A stretch of 64,000 nucleotides of DNA from Marsupella aquatica (Eukaryota; Plantae; Marchantiophyta): positions 3,307,455 to 3,371,454 of the forward strand of contig OZ316899.1 of the NCBI GenBank assembly GCA_973895155.1. The letters are read 5' to 3'. Below the pieces are notes generated by a model. It did no database searches. It saw nothing but the letters and a program-made list of their open reading frames with translations, and was not told where the DNA came from. The position numbers and the translations under genes are program-made. Position 1 is the stretch's first letter, and every line of letters begins with the position of its first letter. Below, one piece after another: positions 50,156 through 63,780 of the stretch.

Positions 50156-53100
50156 GGCACTGACAACTCAGGTAAGCCCTGAGCCCACTAGTGATCCCAA
50201 CCCTTCACAAGATAGTGATTTCAATAGAGATCACCCCAAGCTATTCTACCCGTCCATTACCGCTAGTGTTAAGGAACAACTTCAAGAATTAGAGATGCTA
50301 GAGAATACCGAAGCTATAGCCAAGGATGTCAAGAGGGCCAAAGCGCTGTTTGCTTCGGAGAAACCTATGACCGTGGAACCTAGCGTTCAACAACAAGCCA
50401 AAGCCAAGAGAGAGAAATTGCCAGAAGAGAAGCCCATAGTTCCCTGTGACTTGGCTAAAGATGTACTAGAATCTAGAGTCTCGGCAACGGTAGGTCAACT
50501 TTTAAGGAATAGCCCGTACTTCCAAAAACAATCAAGGAAGGCAATCCTCAGCAAACCAAGATTACCCAAGGTAGCAACCTGATCCAACATGTTGATGATA
50601 GAAGAAGATCAAGGAGCCTCAGCACTACCATTAATGATTCAGGGAGAATTATTGCTACGTGTACGCATCGATGGAGGATCAAGGGTATGTATTATGATTG
50701 ATTCAACCGCAATTGGATGGGGGTTAACACCATAGAGTACTGGAAGAGTGTTAAACATGGCCATAAGGTCATTCCCATGGGAGTCCATTATGCGCGATGG
50801 GATCCCGGGTTATCATGGATCATTATAGCCATCGCGCATGGCTATAAGGTCATTCCCATGGGAGTCCTCACCGGCATCAAAACTGAAATTGGAGGAGTCT
50901 TGTTCAGTATCAACTATGTGGTAATGAGGCCGGTGAACCCTACATCATTCCGGCTACTGATTGGCAGGCCGTGGCTCTACATAGCCAAGGTGATAGAAGA
51001 TTGGGGGAAGAAAGAATTTACCTTTGGGACCCCCTCTATCACGGTATCCTGGGACACCAAGGATGACAGGGGGAAAAGTATCCGAGACGTAGACGGATAC
51101 AACAGTGGGTTAGAATCCGCCGATGACGTACGATGGTTAGAATGCCTCTCAGACCTAACCAAAGAAAGTGTCTTTGGACCAGATATACCCCCCAGTGGAC
51201 TCTGGCAGGAACCAATAGAGAGTAGTATGGAGGAAGAAAGTGACAAAAACACCGAGGACTGCTTCGCCATTGAGTCCACTTTTTTAGCTTCAATTCCAGA
51301 GGATCATTGGGAGACAATAGGTTAGATACATCGACTGAAGGGGCAGCGGCACCTCAAGTATTGGATTTTCAATGGGCGTTGTGGTAGGGCCGGCAAGATC
51401 CACAACACCGGTTATCATCAGCAACCAATTAACTCCCAAGATTCTGGCTTATAGGCCGATCACCAGGGCAAAACAAATAGAAGCACTAATAGAAGCCGGG
51501 CGAGCGCAACGGCCAAAATAGGAGGGAGCAGGATGGGAGGAAGCTAAGCCAGAGCAGGATCCGAAGGAAGAAACGGCATCCTAGCCGCAGAATCTGAGGC
51601 CGACCATGATGGAAGAGGTAACGTTCTCAGATAACAAAGAACTTAAGTCAATGGACTCGACTAGCACAGCCGAGATACCAGTTTATGGTGAGATGAGACT
51701 CAAGAGGTTGGAAGCCGAGTTTGACCCAAATTTGAAAAAACAGATTAACATGATCCAAGCATGGCAATATAGGAAGCTCGAGATAGGAGAGGGAAGGGAA
51801 CTAAACTTGGGCAGAAATTTGGCACCAGAGCTTGAGAAGGAGATCAGTGAGTTACTAATTGAATTTTGGGATGTGTTTGCATGGAGCCACTAGGATCTAA
51901 AGGGAGTAGACCCAAAATTAGGGGAGCATTGCATCGATCTAATGCTAGGAGCCAAGTCTTTTAGACAACCAATTTGAAGGATGAACCCTAAGTATTCTCT
52001 GATGGTCAAAGCAAAAATTGACAAACTAGTGGAAGCAGGATTCATCACACCAGTCCTACATTCAGATTGGGTATCCCCAATCGTAATTGTTCCCAAGAAA
52101 TCCGGACCAGATGGAAAGCCCAAGATATGGGTTTGTCAGGATTATAGGAAGTTGAATGAAGCCACGTTGAAGGATCACTTCCCATTACCCTTCACTAACA
52201 TGGTTCTAGACATGGTAGCCAGTCATGAGTTATATTCATTCATGGATGGGTACTCTGGTTATAATCAAATCAAAATTAGGCAAGAGGACCAGATCAAGAC
52301 CACCTTCATCACAGAATGGGGAATTTACGTCTTCAATCGGATGCCATTTGGTCTCTGTAATGCACCGGCGATGTTCCAGAGGTTGATGGGGAACATTTTT
52401 CATGACTACCTGAGAAAGTTCATGGAGATTTTCATTGACAATTTGCAGTGTTTAGCATGTGACAAAACATGCTAAATACCTCAGGACGACTTTCATGAGA
52501 TGTAGGGAGGTGGGCCTCAAATTACACCCTGATAAATGTTTCTTTTGGGTAACGGAGGGGGTGCTACTCGGTCACAAGGTATCAAAAAAGGTATTGAGAT
52601 TGACAAGGGCAAACTAGCAGTATGGCTGGATATCATGCAACCTAAGAACATAAAGGATGTTCGATCCTTCTTGGGATGCATTGGCTATTATCGTAGATTC
52701 ATCAAAGATTTTGCCAAACTAGCATTACCTTTGAAGGGAAGTGCATGGTATAACTCAGTCAGAAGGAGTCATTTTGCTATTTGTGTGTCGCATTAACTTG
52801 TTTGAAGATTGTCCACATCAACCAAGAAGAGAGTAAGCAAGGTAGTAAGAGTTGGATGTGTCAAGCTGAGAGAGGTCTTAACGGCTTACCCAAGCCAGTT
52901 GGGGATCATTCCGGCGGCGGAATCCAAACATACCTAAAGGAAGACCAGGAGAGGAGGACAAGGGAAGGCATAGAAGAGGTTGGCTATGTATCTCATGACC
53001 CGATGAAGGATCTGTCCAGTATATGTGTGTAAAATGTTAGTAGAAGGAAGTTAGCAACGTCCCATGCCGCTAAGCCGCGAAACCGGCCTCGCCAAGAGCG

Positions 53101-56100
53101 AAACCTGCGGGAATCGGCTTGTGCAGGGGGGTTTCTTGGGTTTAGGGAGCCATGGGACGCACCACATCGCCAAATACGCAAAGATAGGGAGGAGCCTCAA
53201 TGTAACGGCGTCACACTTCCCCAAACTACTGTACATACATACCAATACCCCCCAAGGACTTAAAGCAAGGATGGAAGTGAACAACTTTGAAAGACCACGT
53301 GACGATCTTGTGAAAGAACGTGCAGGGAGCTGCCCTGGCAATTAGTCATGTGCTGGTGTTGGTTGCAAGTGGATGCTTGTTGAAGTGTCGGCACAACTTT
53401 CTCGCTTGTTGTCCGTTGGCTACAGAATCAAGTCGGCAAAAGTCCGGATGGAGGATTTCAACACCAACATACTACCCTGCTAATCCTAAAACCTTCATGA
53501 TTGATCTGATTTTATTTTCATCGGGCATTGAACATGTCCAATCTTTGCAGGGTCACTATCAGTGTTGACACATAGCATAAGAAAGTCCGTGAGGGCACTG
53601 TCCATCAGAGAGGCAGAAATTATATAGATTTGGATCAACGGCGGCGACGACACTACGAGTCCAGCCAATCAATTTCCTTGTTACCATGGCATGAGGGTGT
53701 GCTTCCCCCCTTAATTTTGTCGTTAGCAGCAAAGGCATTGTTGAGCCACCGAAAGCCTACGAATGGGGATGGGGCACGTACTTGAGGTACAGCCAGGGAC
53801 CTATGAGGAGTATCGCCAAGAAGATATAGTGGCCGGAGAAACATCGGGGGAAATGAACGAGAGGCGTCTCCGTTAGCACAATGCCTGGAGAAGGCAGAGG
53901 GCAAGCACAACGGCGTATTCAAGTGGTCGCACAAAATGACGTTGATGAGGCCAGTTTTTGCTCAGCATTTGGAGCCCATTTTGGGATACCGTTAGACCCG
54001 CCCGCTGAAGGTACAAGTGACTGAGACCATAGAAGAAGAAGATTAATCCTGCACATTGCTCCACTTAGTTGATCATTCAAGGTTGTGAGGTTTCATTATA
54101 CTCAATGCAGACCGGAACGCTTATTTTTGCATAAAATCCTTGTGCGCCTAACAATAGGGACATAAAGCAATTCCCAATTACGAACCCCTCGACGTACTCC
54201 ATGACACATTCAATCACATCTTCCTGGCCTTTCTCCAGACGGCATGTTTGAGTGCCATTTTGATAGCTGCTCCAATAGAGATTGACAAAATTTGTATAGT
54301 CTATTTGGAGGATCCGGGTACCTAGGTAGTTTCTTGAGATTGCATTCCATTTCCCAATGGCCACTTATAGACGACGTCTATGGACTTGGATTGCAAAGAT
54401 TCTTGATCAATACTCTCACTAACTCTGGAATATTATAGTCCACTTGGAATTTTGATAGTGTACTTTTGGCCCGACTTTTGGAAAATTGAATGTTACTTTT
54501 TAGAAATTTGAAAACATAGTTTTTGAGTTTTAAATAAGGGTTCTGAACAATTCCAATTTTCTTCCGGATACTTCAACACCAATTTTGGAAACTTCAAGTT
54601 GTGATTTGGTACAAACTTTTGAGACATAACATAAGAAAAGGGGCTTAGGTTCACACGTTGTTAACTTCATCCCAATGAGTTTTTTAATAGATAGAGACCA
54701 GCCACGAAAAGCCACACAACAAGGGGGAACAAGCAGCCTCACACACAACAAAGAACATGCACAACATACCCCTAAAAGCCCCAAAAAGAAGAGGGCCAGA
54801 GAGTTGCACAAGAGTAAAGAGTAAAAGCTCAACAACAAGAGTCGCCCTGACACCTAAGGGGCACGACGGAACAAAAGGTGCACTCAAAGCTTCAATGAAG
54901 AGTAAGATACTGGGGATGACTACATATGATCATAAAAAGTGGGCGGGACCAAGTGTATAGTCCAGAGGAGCATATAGTTTAGCAAGCAGTTTTGCAAGCT
55001 TGATTGATTCCTAGAATGATGCATAAAGGAATTCTACATGTCTTGTTGTGAGGGAGGAGTATGATAGACGGAGGACTTTGCACAAGCCGTTCATCCGCAC
55101 TTGAGCGCAAGCCACTCTCCTCCACCAACACACGCAATAGGAGAAGGCATCGTGAGAACAAAGGCTCCTCTATACTCTCTCCTCCCATCCCACACGCAGA
55201 GGGAGAAGCGTCGTGTGAAAAGAGGCTCCTCTCTGCCAAAGACCAAGTTGCTCCATAAATAGAAGGGCAAAGAACACGGGGATTGCAAATGAAAGAGCAC
55301 CAACATCCAACTTGCATAACAAAACAACATTCCACATTTGTACACATAAAGATAAGCTTGGTATATTCATAGGAAACATATGTGCCTAACAAAAATTCTG
55401 GTTGATGTCGGCGTAGGCATCCCTGAAATCAACCTCCCATGCTCAGAAACACCCAAGCCTCCCAAGTGGAAAACACTAAGGCAGAAAACGCAAGCACTTT
55501 CTGTTCACACCTCAACACGATGCACGATCAACTAACAAATTCCTACGCGATGATCGCATCCGCACAAAAAACAGCTCCAAAACACCTCCCGATAGCTGAC
55601 TCTAGAATTCCTCATTCAATCGTTCCAGGATGATGACATCCACTCGTCGGAGTCCGCATTATCGCTATCTAGAAATTCTTCCCTTGCCCATTCCTTCAGA
55701 CTTCTCTCGGAGCTTTGTTTCTTCATTAAAGGTCCGTAATACTCAGCCAAATGCTCCCTCTTCCAACGACGCCTCATCTTTTGACATTCCTCTTGACGGA
55801 TCCTCTTTTGTTACCCCTCCGCGGCCTTTGTTGGCTTCTTCTCTTTCTCTTTCTGTTCCTCCTCCACCTCATCTGCAACAGGTGCCTGGTTGTTCGTATT
55901 GTCATGACTAACCACAGTTTGGTTGCCAAGAGGTGGAATGGTTTCTATTCCTGCCGCAACTCCAGAGTCAAAACTATCGGATGGCTCCGAGCACACAGAG
56001 AAGTTGGACCGCTCCTCATTCGCATTCTCTGCCTGTAATGCTCTAGAACTCTTCTCCGCATGTAATGCCGAAGAACTCCTCACTCGTCTCCCAGGTGCCA

Positions 56101-56258
56101 TTATGAAAGTTAAGGAAAATCACCACGATCCAAAATGGTTGTCAAGCGCTCAATTTGGGAAAGGAAGATTTGATCAGAAGGAGAGAGATGTTGGAGACTG
56201 AGCCAGAAGTTCATCACAAAACATAACTTGAAGGAGAGAAACAAGCCTCTTGAATAAA

Positions 56259-56988
56259 GGTGTGTGTGATGAGATCCGGGATTTGCAAGTCATAAGTTCA
56301 TTATGACATCCTACGCGAGCCTCGTGTGGCACAATTATGATACTAAAACCCGTGACCCGGCACCACACCATCATTGTGGCCACAACGGACCCAAGCCATA
56401 GGGCGACATGCGCGCCATTGCAGTGAAAGTGAAATTTAGTACAAGTACACACCTTTCACTTTCCGAAGGTCATAATGATCCTAGAGCTGAGTAGTCCGGC
56501 CTACACGAGCCTCGTGCAAAAAGTGACTGGAACCAACCAGCTCCAACCTCACCTATTGTTCTCCCACAGTCCTCAACCCGACAATTAGTACATGTCGTGT
56601 GAATATGGGTGTGTGTGATGAGATCCGGGATTTGCAAGTCATAAGTTGATTATGACATCCTACGCGAGCCTCGTGTAGCACAATTATGATTCAAAACCAC
56701 CTGTCAGTTTAACCTCAATAACGGAGGAAATTGAGCTCATCCCACCCAAATCTCGTGATCCGGCACCAAACCATCATTGTGGCCACAACGGACATGAGCC
56801 AAAGGTTGACATGCGCGCCATTGCAGTGAATGGGACACACCTTTCACTTTCCAAAGCTCAAAATGATCCTTGAGCTAAGTAGTCCGGCCTACACAAGCCT
56901 CGTGTGAAAAGTGACTGGAACAAACCTGCTCCAACCTTGCCTATTGTTCTCCCACAATCCTCAACCCGACAATTAGGACGTGCCGTGC
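56259..56988. repeat. tandem duplication with a period of about 349 bp
   Basis: Units start GGTGTGTGTGATGAGATCC at 56259 and 56608; the second unit has an insertion of about 50 bp. Confidence 0.9.
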
Positions 56989-57061
56989 ATCACCAAGTGT
57001 CTTCCACGCGAGTCTCGCATCGAAAAAGGATTTTAGTTCTCCTCAATCATTTCTGTAATGT

Positions 57062-60000
57062 TGTGGTGCGTCCCATGGCTCCCTAAACCCAAGAAACCCC
57101 TCTGCACAAGCCGATTCCCGTAGGTTTCGCTCTTGGCGAGGCCGATTTAGCGGCTTAGCGGCATGGGACGCTGCTAACTTCCTTCTACTACTATTACTAT
57201 TAACATTTTACTCACATATACTGGACAGATCCTTCATCGGGTCATGAGATACGTAGCCGGCCTATTCTAGGCCTTCCCTTGTCCTCCTCTCTTGGTTTTC
57301 CTTTAGGTATGTTTGGATTCCGCCGCCGGAATGATCCCCAACTGGCTTGGGTAAGCCGCTAAGACCTCTCTCAGCTCAACACATCCAACTCTTACTACCT
57401 TGCTTACTCCCTTCTTGGTTGATGTGGGCAATCTTCAAACAGGTTAAGGCGACACACAAATAGCAAAATGACTCATTCTGACTGAGTTATACCATGCACT
57501 TGCCATACAAACAGTACCTCTCATATACAAGATCTGCGAACTAAGCCGTGAGGCCAACTCTATTCATCTCTTAGGTATGAGGAAACATGACTATACACAA
57601 GGGTCACAGTATAACTAACCAAGAGCTTCTTTAACTACTTGATCCCAACCCTGTTGGTGCACTAAAAACTTGCTAAGGAAGAAGGTCATGAACTCCCTGC
57701 TGCCCAGGTACTTATCCTGGCAGTGGATCCGCCTAATTCCTTGCAGCGTAAGCCTAATCTACCTAACTGTAATCTACCTATGTACAGCGAGGCAGGAGCA
57801 CAAGTGTTGCTCTCCCCAATGGATCCGCAATCCCACTAAGCTAAGTGTCAGGGCCGCCCCTTGGTCCTGATCCTAATTCTAAACTTGGAGATCTGAGCCC
57901 GCCCTGCCCACTCACGCCTCCTCCCTCCACGTCCGCCCTCCTTAAAAGGAGCGGCCCTCCACCACCGTCATGGCAACGGTGTCTGGTCCTCAATGGACGC
58001 CCCCAACACTTCCTCCGCAGCCACTACCGTAGGTCCGTCCTCTGACAGATTACCTACTACGGACCGAGTCAACTCTCCATCGGCCTGACTGGGTCCACCC
58101 TCGGCTTCGGCCTCAGCATCGGCCACGGCCTCCCCGACATGCTCTAGTGGTGGATCCGGTACCCTGGCTTCATCACCGAGTATCCTAGCCTTGGCTTTGC
58201 CATCCCCGCCTTCTAGGGCAGTTGGATCCTCTACCGTGACCCTGCCTGAGGTTGGTGTTGGGTTTACCTCCTTGGTCACGATGGCTTGAGGAGCCGTATT
58301 ACTCCCTGACCTAGAAGGTTTCCGCTTCTTCTTCTTCTTCTTTGGTTCGGCAGCTGGCCCCTTCCCCTTGCCACTTACCTCCGGCACCGGTGCGAGTGTC
58401 TCGGCTTGTACTTTGGCCAGTACTACTCCTGGCAACTTGGTTGCCCCAATTGGAGTTGGACCTGAGGAAGCCAAGCATTTAAATACTGCGGCCTGTGTCT
58501 TCAGCCGCTCCGTTTGGATGTCGGCTCGCCGCTGTAAGTTCTCCATCTTCCGCGTGCTTTCCTCCAACTCCTCTTGCAATTCATCTAGGTCCTTGCGCGC
58601 CTCCTCCCGCTCCTTTTGGGCTTCCTCCAATTCCTTCTTTAAGGTAGCCCTCTCCTCCTGGGTTGCTCTTAGCTCCTTGTCGAGCTCCGTAACGACTTCA
58701 GACTCCATTTTATTCATCTTGGCATAAGTTTGATCAAGCTGGTCGTCTTTCTCACGGAGGTCGGCCTTGAAGCTGGCCGTCATGGATGCGAGCTCCTGCC
58801 AAAGCACGATAATTGCCTGATAGGATTTCCCTAACTCGGCCTCCTTCTGCTCAAGGGCTCCGCGGATATCCTCAAGTTCCCCCTTCAGCGCTCTTTCCCT
58901 TCTCTAAGTTTCCGCCATGGCCCAATTGTTGGCTGCTATGTGAGCCTCCTCTGCGTCTCTCAGCTCTTGCTTCCACTTCTCCTTCTCCTTGATCGAATCG
59001 GCCAGCTCACCTTGGGTCCGAGTCAGTTTATCCTTGATAATCTGATTATCAGACTGCGCGGTATCCAATTGCCCCTGCATGATATTGAGCTCAGCCGCTT
59101 AATCCGCAGCTCATCTTGGGCTTTCTTGGCCGCCTTCAGGTCTTCTACCTTGGCTTCCCTTGCCCTGACCCGACAGATGACCTCGTCCTTCTTGCTTCTC
59201 TCCAAAGCCACCGCTTCTTCTAATCGGCGCTTCTCCAACATTTCCCTCTGGAAAAAGGGTCTCTGCTCCAACTCCTCCCCAAAGATGCCAAGCGCAAGTT
59301 CCCCACACATCTCCCCGTACTCCATGGCTCGTTCTTTAGCATAGGCGGAGTGAGTAGAAGTCATCGGCATCATCCACCGCGGCCTTTGTTCCCAAGCCGC
59401 CTTGCAAATTTCTTCTATCGTGGCTGGCGGGTTGCTTCATTTTTCTATAAGCCGCCTGATGGCCTCTGGCCATTCTCCTCCTGGTAAATCCTTCTCCCTA
59501 GCCAGGGCTACCTCTTCTTCCTCCCTGAGTTGTTCTTGAAACTCCTGTGCCGTCTGTTTTATGCCGTCAAAGCTCGGGGGAGCGACATCTGGTGGGGGAG
59601 ACTCGGGGCTGCTCTGCTGGGTTGGGTCCCCTCAAACTACTCTTGGAAGCGTGGGGATGAACCTGCCACAGGTCCTTATTCCTGGAACATGATGGTCCGA
59701 CCTGTAGCCAGAGTCATCATTGTCGTAGCCTTCTACCGCCTCCTCCTCGGCTTGGACTACCGGCTCCCCCCGCTGCTGTCCTGGTCTTGCCGTGAACACG
59801 GCCTCACAGATCACGGGTCCTGGTTCCTCCGGCTTCCACGTTGATCTCATCTTCTCCCTGTCGCAACCAGGAGCTTCGGGCTGCTTTTCCCCGGCTTCGG
59901 GACTTGAAGCTCCTAAATACCTTCGGACTCCCGGCTTGTGTTCCGGCCTCCTTCTCTCCTTGACCCCGGTAAAGCCAACTTTGGGAGCAGTTTTCTGTAC

Positions 60001-60875
60001 CGGTCCCGTTGCCGTTACCGTTCTCCTTTCCTTCTCAGCAATTTCAGCAGATTCTGCATGCCTGGTTGCTGCATCGACAAGTCCTCCTTCCTTGGCCTAA
60101 ACACCTGCTCGATTGTAGGACTGTCGGGCTGGGTCGGTTTCTCTGTTGCCGGCCTTGGTTCCGGAACCTCCTCTGGTGCTCTTGCCTGCAAGGGCAGTAC
60201 CGGGACGAATATCTGACTGCAGGCATACCGGCACAACAGCGGCATATGATAACCAAGCCGGGACACGCTTCCCATGCCGATCACCAGATGTTCCTCCTTC
60301 AAGATCTTCTTTAGTTGGGTGAGGAGGTACCCGTTGTAGTCTTGGCTTGGGTCTGGCCTCTCCGCCAGATAGACCTGTGCCTTGCCGATCTCTGCCCTTG
60401 GCAAGTTACAATGCATGGTCACCCGCAAGAAATTGATCATTTCTCCTATGTGCGGGTTTGTGCAGGTGTTTTGGAAGAAGCCATTCTTTGTTGATGGCCC
60501 TGGAAACGATCGGAACTCCTTGTCTCGCAAGGTCTTCCTGGTATCTACTTTGGTCTTATTGCCCATCGGCAAGCCAAACACTTTGGCAATCACCCGGGGA
60601 GTGAGATAGAAATCCTTCCCATACACCCTTGTGGAATTGGTCTTGGGCTCCCATGATCCCACGAATTCTAGTAAGTCTGAATCCGGCACCTCCGGCTTCA
60701 GCCATGGTAACTTTACGAAGGCTTCCAAGCCGGATCCGGCCATGAAGCCCTGGTATTTTTGAGTCTGCATAGCCATAAAGCATGCATCCTCTTCCCGTGC
60801 AAAGTGTAATTGCACCTCCTCGGGGAGGGTCGCCGCCCAGCCTTTCCAGGTGTCATCTCTTGTTGGAACGACATT
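57062..60875 (-). mobile_element. large LTR (gypsy 5 family) with an internal extra ORF, truncated on the right
   Basis: Ends GGGACGCACCACA at 57062, as at 45150 and 53166; 57062-57900 is homologous to 44280-45150. Confidence 0.8.
57968..60870 (-). pseudogene. LTR-internal extra ORF (PMD-like domain plus coiled coil), frameshifted
   Basis: GLEAFVKLPW...EFVGSW...TRVYGKDFYLTPRVIAKVFGLPMG aligns with 6458..7708; coiled-coil ORFs at 59023..59373 and 57968..58807. Confidence 0.78.
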
Positions 60876-60880
60876 GATGG

Positions 60881-61724
60881 TGTGGTAAGCGTTTTAGATG
60901 AAACTTGTATAAAACGTATCTTAGAAACTCAAATTCATTCCCGTAAGGAATAAAGGAAATCAATTTATGATAGTATTAAGGACTTTGAGATCTTTAGGAG
61001 TCTCTTTCCTTACACAACTACTATGTATCACTCAAAATATTTATGATCAATCGTTTTAATATGAAAACTCTTAGACTATCGCTCCTTCTCAATAGAAGTT
61101 TGATTTTCGCTCCATTCCTAAATTCCTTATACTCAACAGAGATCGGCTTTACATTAGGGATTTCACTACAATTCTCTAAACTCTAGATTTTAGAACTTTA
61201 CTCATATTTTTCCATACAAAACCAAAGAAACGTTTTCTCAAAATGTATTCATTCATTCCAAGGTTTGCAAGAAATGCACGAGGAAATCATGAATAACAGT
61301 AGAATTTGGGTGGTGCATTTTCTCATTTCTGCGATTCTTCCTCCTAAAGCCCAACTTGGCATGAGGAAAAGACCCATACTGGTCACAAATCGTTTCCAGA
61401 GAAAATGACAAGGCAATTTTGCCTGGGAGTTCAATTGTATCACTCCCTCACAGATCAAAGAGATCTGAAAAGGTGACTTAACTACCTAAAAACTAACTAT
61501 TGATGGAAGATTTGAAGAGGTAAGTAGTTCTAACTACTTTCCTAAGCTAAGATTCCTAATGATGGCTAAACTAGTTTAACTAAGCTAAATTCTATCTAAT
61601 GAGCTCAATTTAGGAAAAAGGGAGAGGGAAAACGGTTTAAGAGAAGTTGAATCAAAATCCAACTAAAAACGCCTGAACGATTCTTCCGATGTAAAAGCAA
61701 TTGTCGATTAAAAAGGATCCTTCA
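60881..61724. repeat. putative AT-rich LTR fragment
   Basis: Starts TGTGGTAAGC (as at 63781), ends CA, and truncates ORFs on both sides; no matching TSD found. Confidence 0.4.
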
Positions 61725-62430
61725 ATGTGAAAGCAGTTTTAGAGCTTTAACTCCTTCATCTTCTGTAAATAACTTCATTTGTCGCTTAAAAGGTTTCAAA
61801 AGGTTTGAAAAATGTACATTGAATACTCTTTTAGAATACTTCCTCAGAAAAGGCTTTCCACAGATGGGGTCGACCTCCTCCTCTTTGGCTTTCACCTGCC
61901 TCCTGCTTCCCTGCGCTGCTGGTTTCCTGGGTGCCGCCGACCTTGTTCTTTTCGCAGGGGTGGCTTCTTCATTGTTGTTCCCTTTCCTCTTCATAGCAGC
62001 TGCCGTGGATGTTTCTCCTAGCACGGTTGCCTTTGTCCACCCCTTCGTGCTACCCTTCAACTCCCAGTGTATGTCGTTGCAGCAGTTGATGGCCTCCCGG
62101 ATGCCGACTATTATGTTCTCACAAAATAGAAGATCGTCGAGTTCATCGGTAGTAGGCGTCCACAAGAATTCAGCCGTAATGAGTTCTCCTCCTAAGAAGG
62201 CAGACTTCTACAGCTTCCACAGCCGAGCAAGCTCCTGCTGTTCTCGAGCCGCTCTCTCTGATTCTTTGTCCTCGTAGGTCCCAATGTACTCAGTTGCCCG
62301 TTCTAACAGGCATCCCCAAAAATGAGCAACTTGATTGACGTTGCTCATACCCTTCTTGAGTTGATTGTCGGTATTTAGTTCCACCCCGAGTGCTTGCCTG
62401 AGCAGCGGACAGTAGTTGGCCTCCCGTAGT
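61722..62430 (-). pseudogene. degenerate ORF of unknown function, probably transposon-associated
   Basis: The open frame 61722..62165 extends upstream through a stop; no recognised motif. Confidence 0.35.
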
Positions 62431-62711
62431 CATCCGCTTGGCTCGTGCTTGCAAATGAGCCGCCATTCCTTGCGATCGGTCCTTACCCCCCTGGCTGGTC
62501 TTCCTTTCCGTTGGTTACCCATAGCCGCCGGTACTTAGCGCGCCCTAACCCTAATCGTGTTCCCTCCCCCGACGTCCTTACTTTTGGCCTCAACTCGGGT
62601 TCCATAGTCACCCTTAATTGTTTATATTTTCCCTATTTTTGTTACTATACTAAGGTGTTTCCTAGGGTACACTCCTGATTTTACTATTTAAACTGGCCTA
62701 ATGATTCCTGG

Positions 62712-63780
62712 CTAGGCATCACAAATGTAAACCTTCACACTTTCCAAAACTCTTGCTGGAACTTTTACCTTTGCTTTTGCTTTTGATGTCCATCCGGTGA
62801 TGGTTGAAGTTGCAAGGATCCAATCATTCGTGACTGGGGGAATGAGGTAATTGGGATCCCTTTCCCATGTTTGCTTTGAATTAAAGCAGTCCCAATATCT
62901 TTTTGATTTGGTTGCCAAACTCTTGCGATTAAGAGGGTGCCACCATTCAACTTGGAACTCTCCAACATGTGAATCGTTGGGATCTCTTACGACCACAATC
63001 GATTGCTTTTGCAAGCCAAAATTGTTGCGGAATTCTGGTTTCAAATTCATCGGTGGGTCAAATAATAACAAATGTATTCTTTTTTAATATCTTCTAGAGG
63101 ACTAAATCTTGATCTCTCATGCTCAGAAGGGTGTCCGACAAAGATTGTTTGCCTCTCTTCTTCATCTTCTTGAAGCTCTCTTTCCAGATTATGCATCACC
63201 CCATTGTCTTCGCTTGGGTTTGTATCCACGTTTTGACCATCCTGCGATACCCAGTTCCATGGTTTGTTCGAGGCCAAAATCCTTCAAGTAATGGATAATC
63301 TACCCTTGCTAGCGAAGGAGAGCAAAAAGTGTCCTAAAACACAGAAACAATGTTTTCCCAATATTGAATCTCTGGACTTTGGAGACGATATCCCTCTGAT
63401 GTAACATCCTTCCATGCAGTCTTTAGCCATGGGATATAATGGATCAAGTATTCCAAAATGTCATTCGCCCGCTTGTGAGAAGACTCCATCCGCTTGGAAT
63501 AAGGACTTCCAATTGGAAATTTGTATTGGTTTCTCTCTAAGTCAAACAACCAAATTGTTTGACCCTTTGTAGGTAGCCAAGGCGTATCAATTTTCTCTCG
63601 ATATTGGTAGATTGGGATATTCTCCTTCATTGAGAACAAGAATTGAACAGGTGCTGATTGACCCTGGATCCTTTTGACAAATGGTCCTACATAAGCTTTG
63701 TAAGATGCAACTTCGTGGATGAACCTGGGAACCGGATGTTTCTTCTCGCACTCCCAAACCTCCGCCATCAACCCAAAAAA
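62712..63780 (-). pseudogene. C-terminal part of a DUF7869-like transposon protein
   Basis: PRFIHEVASYK...IQGQSAPVQFLF...YQYR...WLP and VEWWHP...YWDCF...W resemble a family I associate with DUF7869; this is recalled, not verified. Confidence 0.45.

Larger units (their letters stand above)
42844..53166 (+). mobile_element. Ty3/gypsy element 5 (deleted and probably chimeric)
   Basis: LTR ending GCACCACA at 45150, PBS, degenerate gag (45500-46826), PR (50600-51100) and RT (51606-52738), joined directly to an LTR 3' part at 52739-53166. The left boundary TGTCACG at 42844 is tentative. Confidence 0.8.

Noticed and set aside
53167-56258. Possible host gene or Myb/Harbinger remnant
   Set aside because: Only short ORFs, with no motif I can support; left unannotated.
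62543-62554. Telomere-like CCCTAACCCTAA
   Set aside because: Only two units, so chance or an isolated telo-box-like motif.
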